Assembly (NCBI GenBank): GCA_963749565.1
Contig: CAVVNL010000021.1
Location: forward strand, 14,111 to 78,110
Length of the DNA stretch: 64,000 bases
Direction: 5' to 3'
Source of the DNA: an uncultured Acidobacteriota bacterium
GTDB lineage: Bacteria > Acidobacteriota > Vicinamibacteria > Vicinamibacterales > CAVVIG01
A program made the position numbers and the translations under genes. The notes below the pieces were generated by a model. It was not told the DNA's origin and made no database searches. It saw nothing but the letters and a program-made list of their open reading frames with translations. This document shows positions 48,672 through 58,058 of the stretch, piece after piece (within the stretch, counting starts at the first letter, position 1; the number at the start of each line of letters is the position of its first letter).

Positions 48672-48790
48672 TACTATACCGGGGGGACGGGTCTCCGTAC
48701 CGGTACGGGGGCCTGTCCCCCTGTACTGGTACGGGGCCTGCCCCGTTACTGGTACGGGGACCTGTCCCCCGTACTGTACGGGTGCCGGCG
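48672..48790. repeat. Palindromic word cluster (GTACGGGG / CCCCGTAC units)
   Basis: ccgtaccggtacgg (perfect palindrome), ggtacggggcctgccccgttac and ggtacggggacctgtcccccgtac form several adjacent hairpins between the PilB-like stop and the next gene start. Confidence 0.75.
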
Positions 48791-48793
48791 GGC

Positions 48794-50596
48794 TTACTGA
48801 GTGACGCGGACGACTTCTTCGAGCGTGGTGGTGCCTTCCCGGACGCGCGCCAGGCACTGCTCGCGAAGAGTGCTCATGCCGTTCTCTCGGGCCGCTTTCA
48901 CCAGCATCGGCTCGGAGGCACGCGCAAGGACAAGCTCGCGGATCGATTCGGTCATCCGCATCATCTCGTAGATGCCCATGCGGCCCGTAAAGCCCGTCCC
49001 CCGGCAGTGCTCGCAACCGGCGCCGCGCATCAGGAGCTCGGGAACCTCGTCGCCGAACAGATGTCTGACGCCGGCCGGGACCGGCAGCTCTGTCGGACAA
49101 TGGACGCAGATCCGCCGCACCAGCCGCTGGGCGACGATCGCCAGGATTCCCGACGCGAGGAAGTAGGGCTCGATACCCATGTCGAGCAGGCGCGTGATGG
49201 TGCCGGCGGAGCTGTTGGTGTGCAGCGTCGCAAACACGAGATGGCCCGTCAGCGACGCCTCGATCGCCGTAGTCAGCGTCTCGCTGTCGCGAATCTCACC
49301 GACCATGATGACGTCGGGATCCTGCCGGAGCACGGCGCGCAGCCCTTTGGCGAACGTGAAGCCGGCCTTTTCGTTGATCTGCCCCTGATTGATCCCGACC
49401 ACTTCGTACTCGACCGGATTCTCGATCGTCGTGATGTTCTTGCCACCCTCCACCAGCTCGGTGAGGGCGGCGTAGAGCGTGGACGTCTTGCCGCTGCCGG
49501 TCGGACCGGTGATGAGAATGAGCCCCTCGGGACGGCGGATGGTCTCCCGAAAGTTGTCGAGGAGCGGCGCCCGCATGCCCAGGGCCGTCAACTCGAGGCG
49601 CAGCGAGGCCTGATCGAGCATCCGCAGCACCAGCTTCTCGCCGTGGATCGTGGGAAACGTCGACGCGCGGAAGTCGAGCCGGCGGGTGCCGATGGTGACA
49701 GTCAGCCGCCCGTCCTGCGGCAGCCGGTGCTCGGCGATGTCCATGCCGGCCAGGACCTTGAGCCGCGCGCAGATCGCCGGCGCCACGGCGGTGGAAATGT
49801 AGCCGATGTCGTTGAAGGTGCCGTCGACGCGGAAGCGCACGCGCAGGTTGTCGGGCATCCGCTCCAGGTGAATATCGCTCGCGCCCGCGCTCGCGGCGCG
49901 AGCCAGGATGCGATCGACCGTCCGCATCGCCGTCTGCTCCGTCGCCTCGTCGTACTCTTCTGCGTCGTCCTGGTCGGCTTTGCGCCGGCCCTTGGCCTGC
50001 CGCCGATCGGTTTTCACCGCCTCGCGCCTGTCCGATTCGAACGATTCTATCGATACCGCCTCCGTGCTCCCGTCGATTACGGACTCGAACATGCCCTGCG
50101 CGTAAAAGCGATCCAGCGCGGCCACGATTTCGTCTTCGAGCGCGACGAGCGTCTGGATCTGACATCCCGAGGCGAAACGAAGATCGTCGAGCGCGGCCAG
50201 ATCCGTCGGGGATGCGATGGCGACCTGCAGCATAGTCCCGAGTTTCTGCAGCGGGACCGCCATGTGCTTGCGGGCCACTTTCTCGGGAAGCGCCTGGACG
50301 GCCGCGGGACTCACCGTGAACCCGTTGAGGCGCGTGGCGGCCACGCCCAGCTGCAGGCTCAACGCGCCGAGGACGGCGTCAGGCGTGGTGTATCCCAGAT
50401 CGATCAGCACCTGGCCGAGGCGCCGGTCGGAATTGCGTTGGTGCTCGATGGCGAGCGTCAGCTGCTCGCGCGTGATGAGCTGCCGCTCGAGCAAGACTTC
50501 GCCGAGCGCCGCGCCCGCGCGCTGTGGCGGGGGCGGCTTCACCGGGCCGGCACTCTTTGGATCTCGGGGCGGAGGGAGCCTGAACTCAAGTGCCAA
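48794..50596 (-). CDS. Type II/IV secretion-system ATPase (GspE/PilB family)
   Basis: Two N-terminal T2SSE_N-like repeats (…LGEVLLERQLITREQL…), Walker A GPTGSGKTST, Asp box, Walker B DPDVIMVGEIRD, His box and a C-terminal CxxC…CxxC. The start is uncertain (TTG at 50596 or GTG at 50542). Confidence 0.85.
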   Translation of the reverse strand: MALEFRLPPPRDPKSAGPVKPPPPQRAGAALGEVLLERQLITREQLTLAIEHQRNSDRRLGQVLIDLGYTTPDAVLGALSLQLGVAATRLNGFTVSPAAVQALPEKVARKHMAVPLQKLGTMLQVAIASPTDLAALDDLRFASGCQIQTLVALEDEIVAALDRFYAQGMFESVIDGSTEAVSIESFESDRREAVKTDRRQAKGRRKADQDDAEEYDEATEQTAMRTVDRILARAASAGASDIHLERMPDNLRVRFRVDGTFNDIGYISTAVAPAICARLKVLAGMDIAEHRLPQDGRLTVTIGTRRLDFRASTFPTIHGEKLVLRMLDQASLRLELTALGMRAPLLDNFRETIRRPEGLILITGPTGSGKTSTLYAALTELVEGGKNITTIENPVEYEVVGINQGQINEKAGFTFAKGLRAVLRQDPDVIMVGEIRDSETLTTAIEASLTGHLVFATLHTNSSAGTITRLLDMGIEPYFLASGILAIVAQRLVRRICVHCPTELPVPAGVRHLFGDEVPELLMRGAGCEHCRGTGFTGRMGIYEMMRMTESIRELVLARASEPMLVKAARENGMSTLREQCLARVREGTTTLEEVVRVTQ

Positions 50597-50858
50597 TATA
50601 CGACTCCGAAATCTTCTGAGGGACTAGACAGGACTCTTCTATCATGAAGCGTACCCAATCAGGACACGAGGTGAAGTGACTGTAGTGAGGGGGGTTAGGG
50701 CATTAGACGTGAAGCCCGAGGGCAGGAGACGCGTCCGGAAACAACACACAGCCTAACGGTATTGGCACAAACGAAGACCGTCTAACTTCCATCGCTCGAA
50801 CCGGTTATGTCTTGTGTGTTCCGTTTCGCGGGATCGTGTATCGACGGCGCACCTGCGG

Positions 50859-51065
50859 CTACGACTTGCTGTCTGTATATTCCTCGTGCCACGCCATCTG
50901 GATGGCTTCGAGCTTCGGCTCGTTCGAGGTCTTGGGATCGTCGTCGAACCCATCGAGCGCGAGCACGTGGGCGCGCAAATCCGTGAACCGGACAGTCAAC
51001 GGATCAATATCGGGCAACTTCTCGACCAGCGCGATCGCGATATCTTCGGCGTCTGTCCACTTCAC
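50859..51065 (-). CDS. iscX: Fe-S assembly protein IscX
   Basis: MKWTDAEDIAIALVEKLPDIDPLTVRFTDLRAHVLALDGFDDDP…, 68 aa. Confidence 0.85.
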   Translation of the reverse strand: MKWTDAEDIAIALVEKLPDIDPLTVRFTDLRAHVLALDGFDDDPKTSNEPKLEAIQMAWHEEYTDSKS

Positions 51066-51068
51066 GGC

Positions 51069-51449
51069 CTACCCTCCTGATTTCCCGAGCTGGATGCCGC
51101 CGCCTTCCTGCACGTAGTTCCGCGTGTACATCGGCAACTCGCAGACGACGTCGCCGGTGATGACGGCCTGGCAACCGAGCCGTGACCGCGCGGTCAGGCC
51201 CCAGGCGGTGTCCAGGCGATCGGCCTCGTCGTCCTGCATCTCGCTGAGGTGCTGCTCGCCTTCACGGATGATCACGTGGCAGGTCGTGCAGGCACAACTT
51301 CCGCCGCACGCGTGTTCGAGCGGGACGTGCAGATTTTTCGCGACGTCGAGAAACGACTCGGGCTTCCCGTGGTGTGAATACGGCAGCTTGCCGTGCTCGA
51401 ATTCGACGGTCTGCGACTCGCCGTCGATGATGAACGTAACTCTTGGCAT
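51069..51449 (-). CDS. fdx: ISC-type [2Fe-2S] ferredoxin
   Basis: MPRVTFIIDG… with the adrenodoxin-type motif CGGSCACTTCH…C. Confidence 0.85.
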   Translation of the reverse strand: MPRVTFIIDGESQTVEFEHGKLPYSHHGKPESFLDVAKNLHVPLEHACGGSCACTTCHVIIREGEQHLSEMQDDEADRLDTAWGLTARSRLGCQAVITGDVVCELPMYTRNYVQEGGGIQLGKSGG

Positions 51450-51470
51450 GTCCCCCTTCAACGCACGCAA

Positions 51471-51537
51471 ACCACGAAGTCGCGAAGATCACGAAGCGCT
51501 TGGTACTTTTCGTGTGCTTCGTGTCTTCGTGGTTTAC
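51471..51537. repeat. Word hairpin (CACGAAG / CTTCGTG units) between hscA and fdx
   Basis: AAACCACGAAGTCGCGAAGATCACGAAGCGC … CTTTTCGTGTGCTTCGTGTCTTCGTGGTTT. Confidence 0.85.
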
Positions 51538-53375
51538 AGTCGATCGATAGACTTTCCCGCCAGCGCGGCGTGGACCGAACGGTTCATCATCACCTCCGCC
51601 AGGTGCTGCGTGGCTTCGTTCAACGCGTGCGTCTTTTTCTGAATGAGCTCGCGATCCGGTCCGTTCAGAACCGATTTCAGCCCGGCCAGCTCCGCCTCGA
51701 TGCGCTCACGCTCGCCGGCGGCCAGCTCGGACTCGGCGATCGCCGGGAATTCGGGAGACCGGAGCGACTTCTCCGTCGCGCGCATCACCGACTCCGCTTC
51801 GTTGCGCGCCTCGATCAGCAGGCGCGCCGCGAAATCGGCTTCCGCGTTCTCGAACGAATCGAGCAGCATGCGCTCGACTTCCTCGTCGGTCAGCCCGTAG
51901 GACGGCTTGACCTCGATCGTCTGCTCGACATCCGTCCGCAGCTCGCGGGCGGTGACGCTCAGGATGCCGTTGGCGTCGATCTGGAACTGCACCTGGACCC
52001 GGGGCATGCCGGCAGGCATCGCGGGAATCCCGCGGAGCTTGAACCGCGCCAGCGAGCGGTTGTCGTCGACCAGCTCGCGCTCTCCCTGCAGCACGTGGAT
52101 GTCGACGGACGTCTGGTTGTCGACGAAGGTCGTGAACATCTCGCTGCCGGTCGCCGGGATGGTGGAATTCCGCATGATGATCTTCGACATCACGCCGCCC
52201 ATCGTCTCGATCCCGAGCGACAGCGGCGTCACGTCTAGCAGCAGCATCTCGCGGTTGCCGGTCATCAGGATGTCGGCCTGCACGGCCGCGCCGAGCGCGA
52301 CGACCTCGTCGGGATTGAGCTCGCTGTGCGGCGTCTTGCCGAACAGCTCGCCGACCAGACGACGAACCAGCGGAATGCGGGTCGAACCCCCGACCAGGAC
52401 CACTTCGTCGATCTGCGACGCCTCGAGCTCCGCATCGGCGAGCGCCTGACGGCACGGCTCGAGCGTGCGCTCGACGATCGGACGGATCGCCGCCTCGAGC
52501 TCGGTGCGGGTGATCCGCCGGCGATAGTCGCCAAGGGCGATCTCGGTTTCTTCGTTGTCGGACAGATCGAGCTTGGCCCGGATGACGGCCTGACGAATCG
52601 CCTGCACCTCGCCGCCGGTCGACGCAATCCGGCTGAAGCCGGATCCCGCATCTCCCAGGATCTGTTCCATCAGGATCAGGTCGATGTCGTCGCCGCCGAG
52701 GTGGGTGTCGCCGTTGGTCGACAGCACCTGGAAAACGCCGTCTTCGACCCGCAGAATCGAAATGTCGAACGTGCCGCCGCCGAAATCGTACACGGCAATC
52801 AGGCCGGCGTGGCGCTTGTCGAGGCCGTACGCGAGCGAGGCCGCAGTCGGCTCGTTGATGATGCGGAGGACGTCGAGGCCGGCAATGCGCCCGGCGTCGC
52901 GCGTGGCGGTCCGCTGTGCGTCGTTGAAGTAGGCGGGCACGGTGATGACGGCCCGGTCGACCTCCGGATCGATCTCGCCCTCTTCGGCGAAGTGCGCCTC
53001 GGCGCGGCGCTTGAGCTCTCGCAGGATGAACGCCGAGACCTCCGGCGCCGTGAACTCGCGCGCTCCCAGCCCGATCTTGACGATTCCTCCCGGGTCGCCG
53101 GCGAGGCGGAACGGGAACAACCCCGCTTCGTCGCCGACATCGTGCACGCCTTTCCCCATGAAGCGCTTCACCGAGTAGACGGTCCGGCCCGGGTCGGTCA
53201 GCAGCCGACGTTCGGCCTCGCGGCCGACGAAGACGGTGTGGTCCTCCGAAACCGAGACGACCGACGGGACGAGGCCGTCGCCGCTGCGATCGCGGATCAC
53301 GACGGGCACGCCGTCCTTGACGTAGGCGACGAGGGAGTTGGTGGTGCCGAGATCGATGCCGACTGTTTTGCTCAT
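51534..53375 (-). CDS. hscA: Fe-S chaperone HscA (Hsp70 family)
   Basis: [19 protein letters not shown]…[12 protein letters not shown]…[10 protein letters not shown]… Intact. Confidence 0.9.
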   Translation of the reverse strand: MSKTVGIDLGTTNSLVAYVKDGVPVVIRDRSGDGLVPSVVSVSEDHTVFVGREAERRLLTDPGRTVYSVKRFMGKGVHDVGDEAGLFPFRLAGDPGGIVKIGLGAREFTAPEVSAFILRELKRRAEAHFAEEGEIDPEVDRAVITVPAYFNDAQRTATRDAGRIAGLDVLRIINEPTAASLAYGLDKRHAGLIAVYDFGGGTFDISILRVEDGVFQVLSTNGDTHLGGDDIDLILMEQILGDAGSGFSRIASTGGEVQAIRQAVIRAKLDLSDNEETEIALGDYRRRITRTELEAAIRPIVERTLEPCRQALADAELEASQIDEVVLVGGSTRIPLVRRLVGELFGKTPHSELNPDEVVALGAAVQADILMTGNREMLLLDVTPLSLGIETMGGVMSKIIMRNSTIPATGSEMFTTFVDNQTSVDIHVLQGERELVDDNRSLARFKLRGIPAMPAGMPRVQVQFQIDANGILSVTARELRTDVEQTIEVKPSYGLTDEEVERMLLDSFENAEADFAARLLIEARNEAESVMRATEKSLRSPEFPAIAESELAAGERERIEAELAGLKSVLNGPDRELIQKKTHALNEATQHLAEVMMNRSVHAALAGKSIDRL

Positions 53376-53385
53376 GCTGAGAGAA

Positions 53386-53468
53386 TCTCCACCACGGAGG
53401 CCACGGGGGACACGGAGGAACAAACCCGTACGTTTTGACCTCCGCGTCCTCCGCTTCCTCCGTGGTAG
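53386..53468. repeat. Word hairpin (CGGAGG / CCTCCG units) between hscB and hscA
   Basis: CCACCACGGAGGCCACGGGGGACACGGAGGAAC … GACCTCCGCGTCCTCCGCTTCCTCCGTGGTAGG. Confidence 0.85.
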
Positions 53469-53475
53469 GTAGTCT

Positions 53476-54180
53476 TCATGCCGTTAGCTCCCGCTCGATC
53501 CCCTCGAGCAGGTTGTTGATGTAGTTCCGCTCGAGCACTCGCTCGCGGAGGGCGCTCAGGATCGCCTGGCGCTCGGGGTCGTCTCCCTGGGATCCGGAAG
53601 CGGCGCCGAACGCGTCCCAGCGCGCTGACAGATCCTTCAACTCTGCCTCGTGCGCCGCCCGCTTGGCCTCAATCGGGGCGCGGGCGCGTTCGAGCCTCGC
53701 CCGCCACACGTCGGCGGCGGCGCCGCCGCTGCGGAGATCGCGCACCTCGTCGAGCTCTTCGTTGAGGGAAAAGACCTCTTCGAGCATCGTCGCCGGCACC
53801 GAGTCCTGCGCCCGTGGCGAAAACCCTTCGAGCCCGAGCAGGTATTCCGCGCGCGCGATCGGGTTGCGAAGCGTGCGATACGCGTCGTTCAGGTACGAGG
53901 ACCGCTCGAGGCTCGCGCGGCGCTCGGCCGGCGTCGCGTTGTAGAAGAAATCGGGATGGAACTGCCGGCTCAGCGTGCGAAAACGCTGCTCGAGATCAGC
54001 GGCGTCAAGATTGAGCCGGCGAGGCACGCCCATGAACGCGAAATAGTCGCCGTGACGGCCGAGGGTCAGGATCTGGCTGCACTGCGGACAGAAGTGGACG
54101 TCCACCGGCGCCCCACCGCCGCAGTTCCTGCAGTCCTGAAGCGTCCGGGTCGTGATTGGGGAAGACATAGAAAATGACAA
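53476..54180 (-). CDS. hscB: Co-chaperone HscB with N-terminal zinc-ribbon
   Basis: CRNCGG…CPQCSQ, then a J-domain (…[15 protein letters not shown]…[10 protein letters not shown]…) and a C-terminal helical domain. Confidence 0.8.
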   Translation of the reverse strand: MSFSMSSPITTRTLQDCRNCGGGAPVDVHFCPQCSQILTLGRHGDYFAFMGVPRRLNLDAADLEQRFRTLSRQFHPDFFYNATPAERRASLERSSYLNDAYRTLRNPIARAEYLLGLEGFSPRAQDSVPATMLEEVFSLNEELDEVRDLRSGGAAADVWRARLERARAPIEAKRAAHEAELKDLSARWDAFGAASGSQGDDPERQAILSALRERVLERNYINNLLEGIERELTA

Positions 54181-54238
54181 GTCTCAACTGTCAAGTCTGA
54201 AGTCTCAATGAGACTTGAGACTTGAGACTTGAGATTTC
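54176..54238. repeat. Word hairpin (GAGACTTGA / TCAAGTCTC units) between iscA and hscB
   Basis: acaagtctcaactgtcaagtctgaagtctca-a-tgagacttgagacttgagacttgagattt. Confidence 0.85.
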
Positions 54239-54239
54239 C

Positions 54240-54566
54240 CTAGGCTCCGAAAGAGCTGCCGCACCCGCAAGTGGTCTTCGCGTTCGGATTGTTGAAGACG
54301 AAGCCTTTGCCGAGCAGGTCGGTGTCGTATTCGAGGACCGTCCCGTTCAGATAGAGAAGGCTCTTCTTGTCGACGAAGATCTTGGCGCCATCGGCGCCCT
54401 CGAAGATCTCGTCACCCATTCGCGCCTGCTTCTCCCACGAGAAGGTGTAGCTCAGGCCCGAGCATCCGCCGCCCTTGACGCCGACACGCAGTCCCCCCTC
54501 GGCGATGCCCTGCTTGGCCATCAAGGTGCGGATCTTCCGTGCGGCGTTCTCGCTGATCTCGATCAT
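54240..54566 (-). CDS. iscA: A-type Fe-S carrier IscA/ErpA
   Basis: …GGGCSGLSY…NPNAKTTCGCGSSFGA. Confidence 0.9.
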   Translation of the reverse strand: MIEISENAARKIRTLMAKQGIAEGGLRVGVKGGGCSGLSYTFSWEKQARMGDEIFEGADGAKIFVDKKSLLYLNGTVLEYDTDLLGKGFVFNNPNAKTTCGCGSSFGA

Positions 54567-54570
54567 GGTC

Positions 54571-54999
54571 TTACGCAGTCGGCTGCGCGTGCGTCCCGGC
54601 CGGCGTGGTCTTCGCGCCCTGCTGCTTCTTCTTGTAGTCGGAGATCGCCGCCTTGATCGCGTCCTCGGCGAGCACCGAACAATGAATCTTCACCGGCGGC
54701 AGGCTGAGCTCGGCCACGATGTCGGTGTTCTTGATCGCCAGCGCCTGGTCGACGGTCTTGCCCTTCAGCCATTCGGTCGCGAGGCTCGAGCTCGCAATCG
54801 CCGAACCGCATCCGAAGGTCTTGAACTTCGCGTCGTCGATGAGCCCGGTTTCCGGGTTCACCTTGACCTGAAGCTTCATGACATCGCCGCACTCGGGCGC
54901 ACCCACCAGGCCTGTGCCAACGTTCGGATCTTCTTTCGGCAGCGATCCGACGTTGCGCGGGTGTTCGTAGTGCTCGATTACCTTTTCCGAATAAGCCAT
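54571..54999 (-). CDS. iscU: Fe-S scaffold IscU
   Basis: MAYSEKVIEHYEHPRNVG…GAPECGDVMKL…FGCGSAIASSS…LPPVKIHCSVLA…. Confidence 0.92.
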   Translation of the reverse strand: MAYSEKVIEHYEHPRNVGSLPKEDPNVGTGLVGAPECGDVMKLQVKVNPETGLIDDAKFKTFGCGSAIASSSLATEWLKGKTVDQALAIKNTDIVAELSLPPVKIHCSVLAEDAIKAAISDYKKKQQGAKTTPAGTHAQPTA

Positions 55000-55015
55000 T
55001 TCTGCTCCTCAACTC

Positions 55016-55106
55016 AATCTGGTCATTTAGTCATCTGGTTATCTGGTCATTGATCGGTCAATTGATCAATCAATGACCAAATAACCAGATGACCAGATGA
55101 CCAAAT
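55016..55106. repeat. Long word hairpin (GGTCATCTGG units) between iscS and iscU
   Basis: caatctggtcatttagtcatctggttatctggtcattgatcggtcaattgatcaatcaatgaccaaataaccagatgaccagatgaccaaat. Same family as 30057-30161 and 28901/29346. Confidence 0.9.
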
Positions 55107-55117
55107 TCATGATCGCA

Positions 55118-56338
55118 TCAGTCTGTTTGCCACTGCATGGTCGACAGATCGACCCCTTCCTTCGCCAGCTCGTAGAGCGGGGACATGTCGCGAAGCCGTG
55201 TCACGACCGTCGCCAGCTTGTCCGCCACGTAATCGACTTCTTCCTTCGTCGTCCACCGGCCGAGGCCGAAGCGGATCGAGGAGTGCGCCAGGTCGTCGCC
55301 CGCGCCGAGCGCCTTCAGGACGTAGGACGGCTCGAGGCTGGCCGACGTGCAGGCCGAGCCCGATGACACCGCGACGTCGTTGATGCCCATCAGCAGCGAC
55401 TCGCCTTCCACGTACGCGAAGCTGATGTTCAGGTTGTGCGGCAGCCGGTGCTCGGTCGAACCGTTGACGTAAATCTCGTCGAGGCTCTTGTGCAGCTTGT
55501 CGTTGAGATAGTCGCGGAGCCCGCCGAGGCGCGCAGCATCGGCCGCCATTTCCAGCCGGCACAGCTCCGCGGCCTTGCCGAAGCCGGCGATCCCCGGCAC
55601 GTTGAGCGTGCCCGAGCGCATGCCGCGCTCGTGACCGCCGCCGTCGATGATCGGCGCCAGGAGGACGCGCGGGTTCCGGCGGCGGACATACAACGCGCCG
55701 ACGCCCTTCGGTCCATACATCTTGTGGGCACTGATCGACGCCAGATCGACTTTCAGGTCGTTGACGTTGAACGGCACCTTGCCAACCGCCTGGACGGCGT
55801 CGGTATGGAACAGGACGCCCTTTTCCTTCGCGATCGCGCCGATCTCGGCGATCGGCTGAATGACGCCGATCTCGTTGTTGGCGGTCATGATCGTGATGAG
55901 GATCGTCTTGTCGGTGATGGCCGCCTTTAGATCGTCGAGGCTGATCCGGCCGTCCTTCGCCACCGGCAGATACGTGACCCGGTAGCCGTCCTTCTCGAGA
56001 CGCTTGCACGTGTCGATCACCGCCTTGTGTTCGGTGACCGCCGTGATGATGTGATTCCCCTTCTCCCGATACATCTCGGCGACACCCTTGATCGCCAGGT
56101 TGTCGGACTCGGTCGCGCCGCTCGTGAAGACAATTTCCTTCGGGTTCGCGCCGATGAGATCCGCCACCTGCTTGCGCGCCCTGTCCACCGCTTCTTCGGC
56201 TTCCCAGCCGAAGGGATGGTTGCGGCTCGCCGAGTTGCCGAAATGAGTCGTGAAATAAGGGACCATGACCTCCACGACGCGCGGATCGACCGGCGTGGTC
56301 GCGTGATAGTCCATGTAGATCGGGAGCTTGACAGCCAT
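55118..56338 (-). CDS. iscS: Cysteine desulfurase IscS
   Basis: ATG at 56338 ([21 protein letters not shown]…), PLP-Lys region …[12 protein letters not shown]… and active-site loop …[17 protein letters not shown]…. Confidence 0.92.
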   Translation of the reverse strand: MAVKLPIYMDYHATTPVDPRVVEVMVPYFTTHFGNSASRNHPFGWEAEEAVDRARKQVADLIGANPKEIVFTSGATESDNLAIKGVAEMYREKGNHIITAVTEHKAVIDTCKRLEKDGYRVTYLPVAKDGRISLDDLKAAITDKTILITIMTANNEIGVIQPIAEIGAIAKEKGVLFHTDAVQAVGKVPFNVNDLKVDLASISAHKMYGPKGVGALYVRRRNPRVLLAPIIDGGGHERGMRSGTLNVPGIAGFGKAAELCRLEMAADAARLGGLRDYLNDKLHKSLDEIYVNGSTEHRLPHNLNISFAYVEGESLLMGINDVAVSSGSACTSASLEPSYVLKALGAGDDLAHSSIRFGLGRWTTKEEVDYVADKLATVVTRLRDMSPLYELAKEGVDLSTMQWQTD

Positions 56339-56385
56339 ATTTTTTTCACCCGGCGGACCCAAAGGGTCCGCCCCTACCGCGTCCT

Positions 56386-56847
56386 TCACAAATGCGTGTG
56401 CAATACCGCCGCGCGTGTCTGAACCGGCACGGGTGGATCCGATGCCAGCTCGGCGATCGTGCATTCGCCGAGCGCCGCCAGAATCCTGTCGCGCACCTTG
56501 AACAGCGGATCGCGCACATTGCACTTCGAAAACTGCTCGCACTGCCCCTCGTCCGTCGTGCAGGCTGTTACGGTCACCGGGCCCTCGATCGCCTGAATGA
56601 CGTCGGCCACCGAAATCAGCCCCGGCAGACGGGCCAGTTGATATCCCCCGCGCGTCCCCTGGTGGGAGACGAGCAGGCCCCGCCGGACCAGCCGCTGCAG
56701 CACCTTCGCCATCAACTCAATCGGGACGTCGTACTGCTCCGCAATCTCGCGGGCGGATGATGAATCCTGGGAGCCCCGATCCCCGCGCACCGCCAGGTGT
56801 TTCATGGCAATGAGCGCGTAATCCGCCTTTTTTGAAAGCCTTAGCAT
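56386..56847 (-). CDS. iscR: Rrf2-family regulator IscR
   Basis: [19 protein letters not shown]…TRGGYQLAR… with a Cys cluster (C…C…C). First gene of the isc block. Confidence 0.8.
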   Translation of the reverse strand: MLRLSKKADYALIAMKHLAVRGDRGSQDSSSAREIAEQYDVPIELMAKVLQRLVRRGLLVSHQGTRGGYQLARLPGLISVADVIQAIEGPVTVTACTTDEGQCEQFSKCNVRDPLFKVRDRILAALGECTIAELASDPPVPVQTRAAVLHTHL

Positions 56848-56869
56848 CTACGACCTTATGAGTCGTATT
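56848..56869. promoter_or_regulatory. Candidate Rrf2/IscR operator-like palindrome directly upstream of iscR
   Basis: The minus strand reads ATACGACTCATAAGGTCGTAG-ATG, with half-sites ATACGACT / GGTCGTAG. This loosely resembles the E. coli type-1 IscR site (ATAsyyGACT…AGTCrrsTAT). Confidence 0.3.
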
Positions 56870-58030
56870 TTAGTATTTCGGCTGCGTCGGGTCAACCTTG
56901 TCGATCCAGTCGAGGATCCCGCCCTTGAGGTTCAGCGCTTTCTTGAACCCTACGGATCGGAGGAAATCCACCGCCTTCGCGCTTCGCCCGCCCATTTTGC
57001 AGTGCACGACCAGATCCTCGTCCGGGTCGAGCTCGGCATACCGCCGCGCGATGTCGCCCAATGGGATCAGCGTCGCGCCTGGAATGCGGTTGATCTGGTA
57101 CTCGTTGGGCTCGCGGACGTCCAGAATCGTCACCTTGTCTCCACGGTCGAGCCGCTGCTTCAGCTCGACCGCCGTGATGTCCGTCGCGTTGTTCACGATG
57201 CTTCCTCCTACAGGCTCCGGTGCGGCAGGGTGAATGCCGCAGAACTGGTCGTAGTCGATGAGCTTGGTGACCGTCGGGTGCGTGCCGCACACCGGGCAGT
57301 CGGGGTCCTTCTTCAGCTTCAGCTCGCGGAACTTCATCCGCAGCGCGTCATAGATGAGGAACCGGCCGACGAGCGGTTCACCGATGCCGGTAATCAACTT
57401 GATGGCTTCGGTCGCCTGAATCACACCGATGATGCCGGGCAGCACTCCCAGCACGCCGCCTTCGGCGCAGCTCGGCACGAGGCCGGGCGGCGGCGGCTCC
57501 GGATACAGGCAGCGGTAGCAGGGACCGTCCTTGGTGGCGAACACCGACGCCTGCCCCTCGAAACGGAAAATGCTGCCGTAGGCATTCGGCTTGCCCATCA
57601 GCACGCATGCGTCGTTTGTCAGATAGCGGGTCGGAAAATTGTCCGTCCCGTCGAGGATGACGTCGTAGGGCTCGAACAGCTTCAGCGCGTTCTCCGAGGA
57701 GAGCGCCACCTCGTATGTCTGAACATCGACGTGCGGGTTAATCGCGTTGAGCCGATCCTTGGCCGACGCGAGCTTCGAACGCCCCACGTCGGGCGTGCCG
57801 TGGATGATCTGCCGCTGAAGGTTGCTGAAGTCCACGACGTCGAAATCGACGATGCCGATGGTACCGACACCGGCGGCCGCCAGATATAGCGCGGCGGGGG
57901 ATCCGAGGCCCCCGGCGCCGATGCACAGCACGCTGCCCGCCTTCATCCGGCGCTGCCCGTCCATGCCGACTTCCGGCATGATCAGATGACGGCTGTAGCG
58001 CTTGACCTCGTCATTTGTCAGCTGCGGCAA
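56870..58030 (-). CDS. MoeB/ThiF-type adenylyltransferase fused to rhodanese (MoeZ-like sulfur-carrier activator)
   Basis: …YSRHLIMPEVG…GAGGLGSP…CYRCLYPEPP…CxxC… plus a C-terminal rhodanese (…VVHCKMGGRSAKA…). Intact. Confidence 0.85.
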   Translation of the reverse strand: MPQLTNDEVKRYSRHLIMPEVGMDGQRRMKAGSVLCIGAGGLGSPAALYLAAAGVGTIGIVDFDVVDFSNLQRQIIHGTPDVGRSKLASAKDRLNAINPHVDVQTYEVALSSENALKLFEPYDVILDGTDNFPTRYLTNDACVLMGKPNAYGSIFRFEGQASVFATKDGPCYRCLYPEPPPPGLVPSCAEGGVLGVLPGIIGVIQATEAIKLITGIGEPLVGRFLIYDALRMKFRELKLKKDPDCPVCGTHPTVTKLIDYDQFCGIHPAAPEPVGGSIVNNATDITAVELKQRLDRGDKVTILDVREPNEYQINRIPGATLIPLGDIARRYAELDPDEDLVVHCKMGGRSAKAVDFLRSVGFKKALNLKGGILDWIDKVDPTQPKY

Positions 58031-58058
58031 TTGATCGGGGAAGGGTTCCGGAGTCTTT

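Noticed and set aside
48281-50647. Long antisense ORFs: 48281-50647 (+), 25477-27138 (-), 32504-34450 (-), 36136-38037 (-), 15024-16127 (-), 3929-5338 (+), 44984-46489 (+), 27520-28539 (-), 42977-43834 (+) and 23360-24475 (+).
   Set aside because: They are Arg/Ala/Gly/Pro-rich low-complexity translations with no recognisable motifs. They lie opposite clearly conserved genes, which is the typical stop-codon-poor shadow frame of high-GC DNA.
50586-50780. TGGCAC motifs (50590s on the minus strand; 50766-50771 on the plus strand) could be sigma-54 -24 elements in the lower-GC spacer upstream of the PilB-like gene.
   Set aside because: The -12 GC element at the correct 5-nt spacing is absent (TTCAG / AAGAC instead of TTGC). 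One copy overlaps the putative start codon, and the other points toward a convergently oriented gene.
24449-55106. The word-repeat loci could be CRISPR arrays.
   Set aside because: The repeat period is only 7-10 nt and there are no unique spacers. The arrays are self-complementary hairpins, and no cas genes are present in the window.
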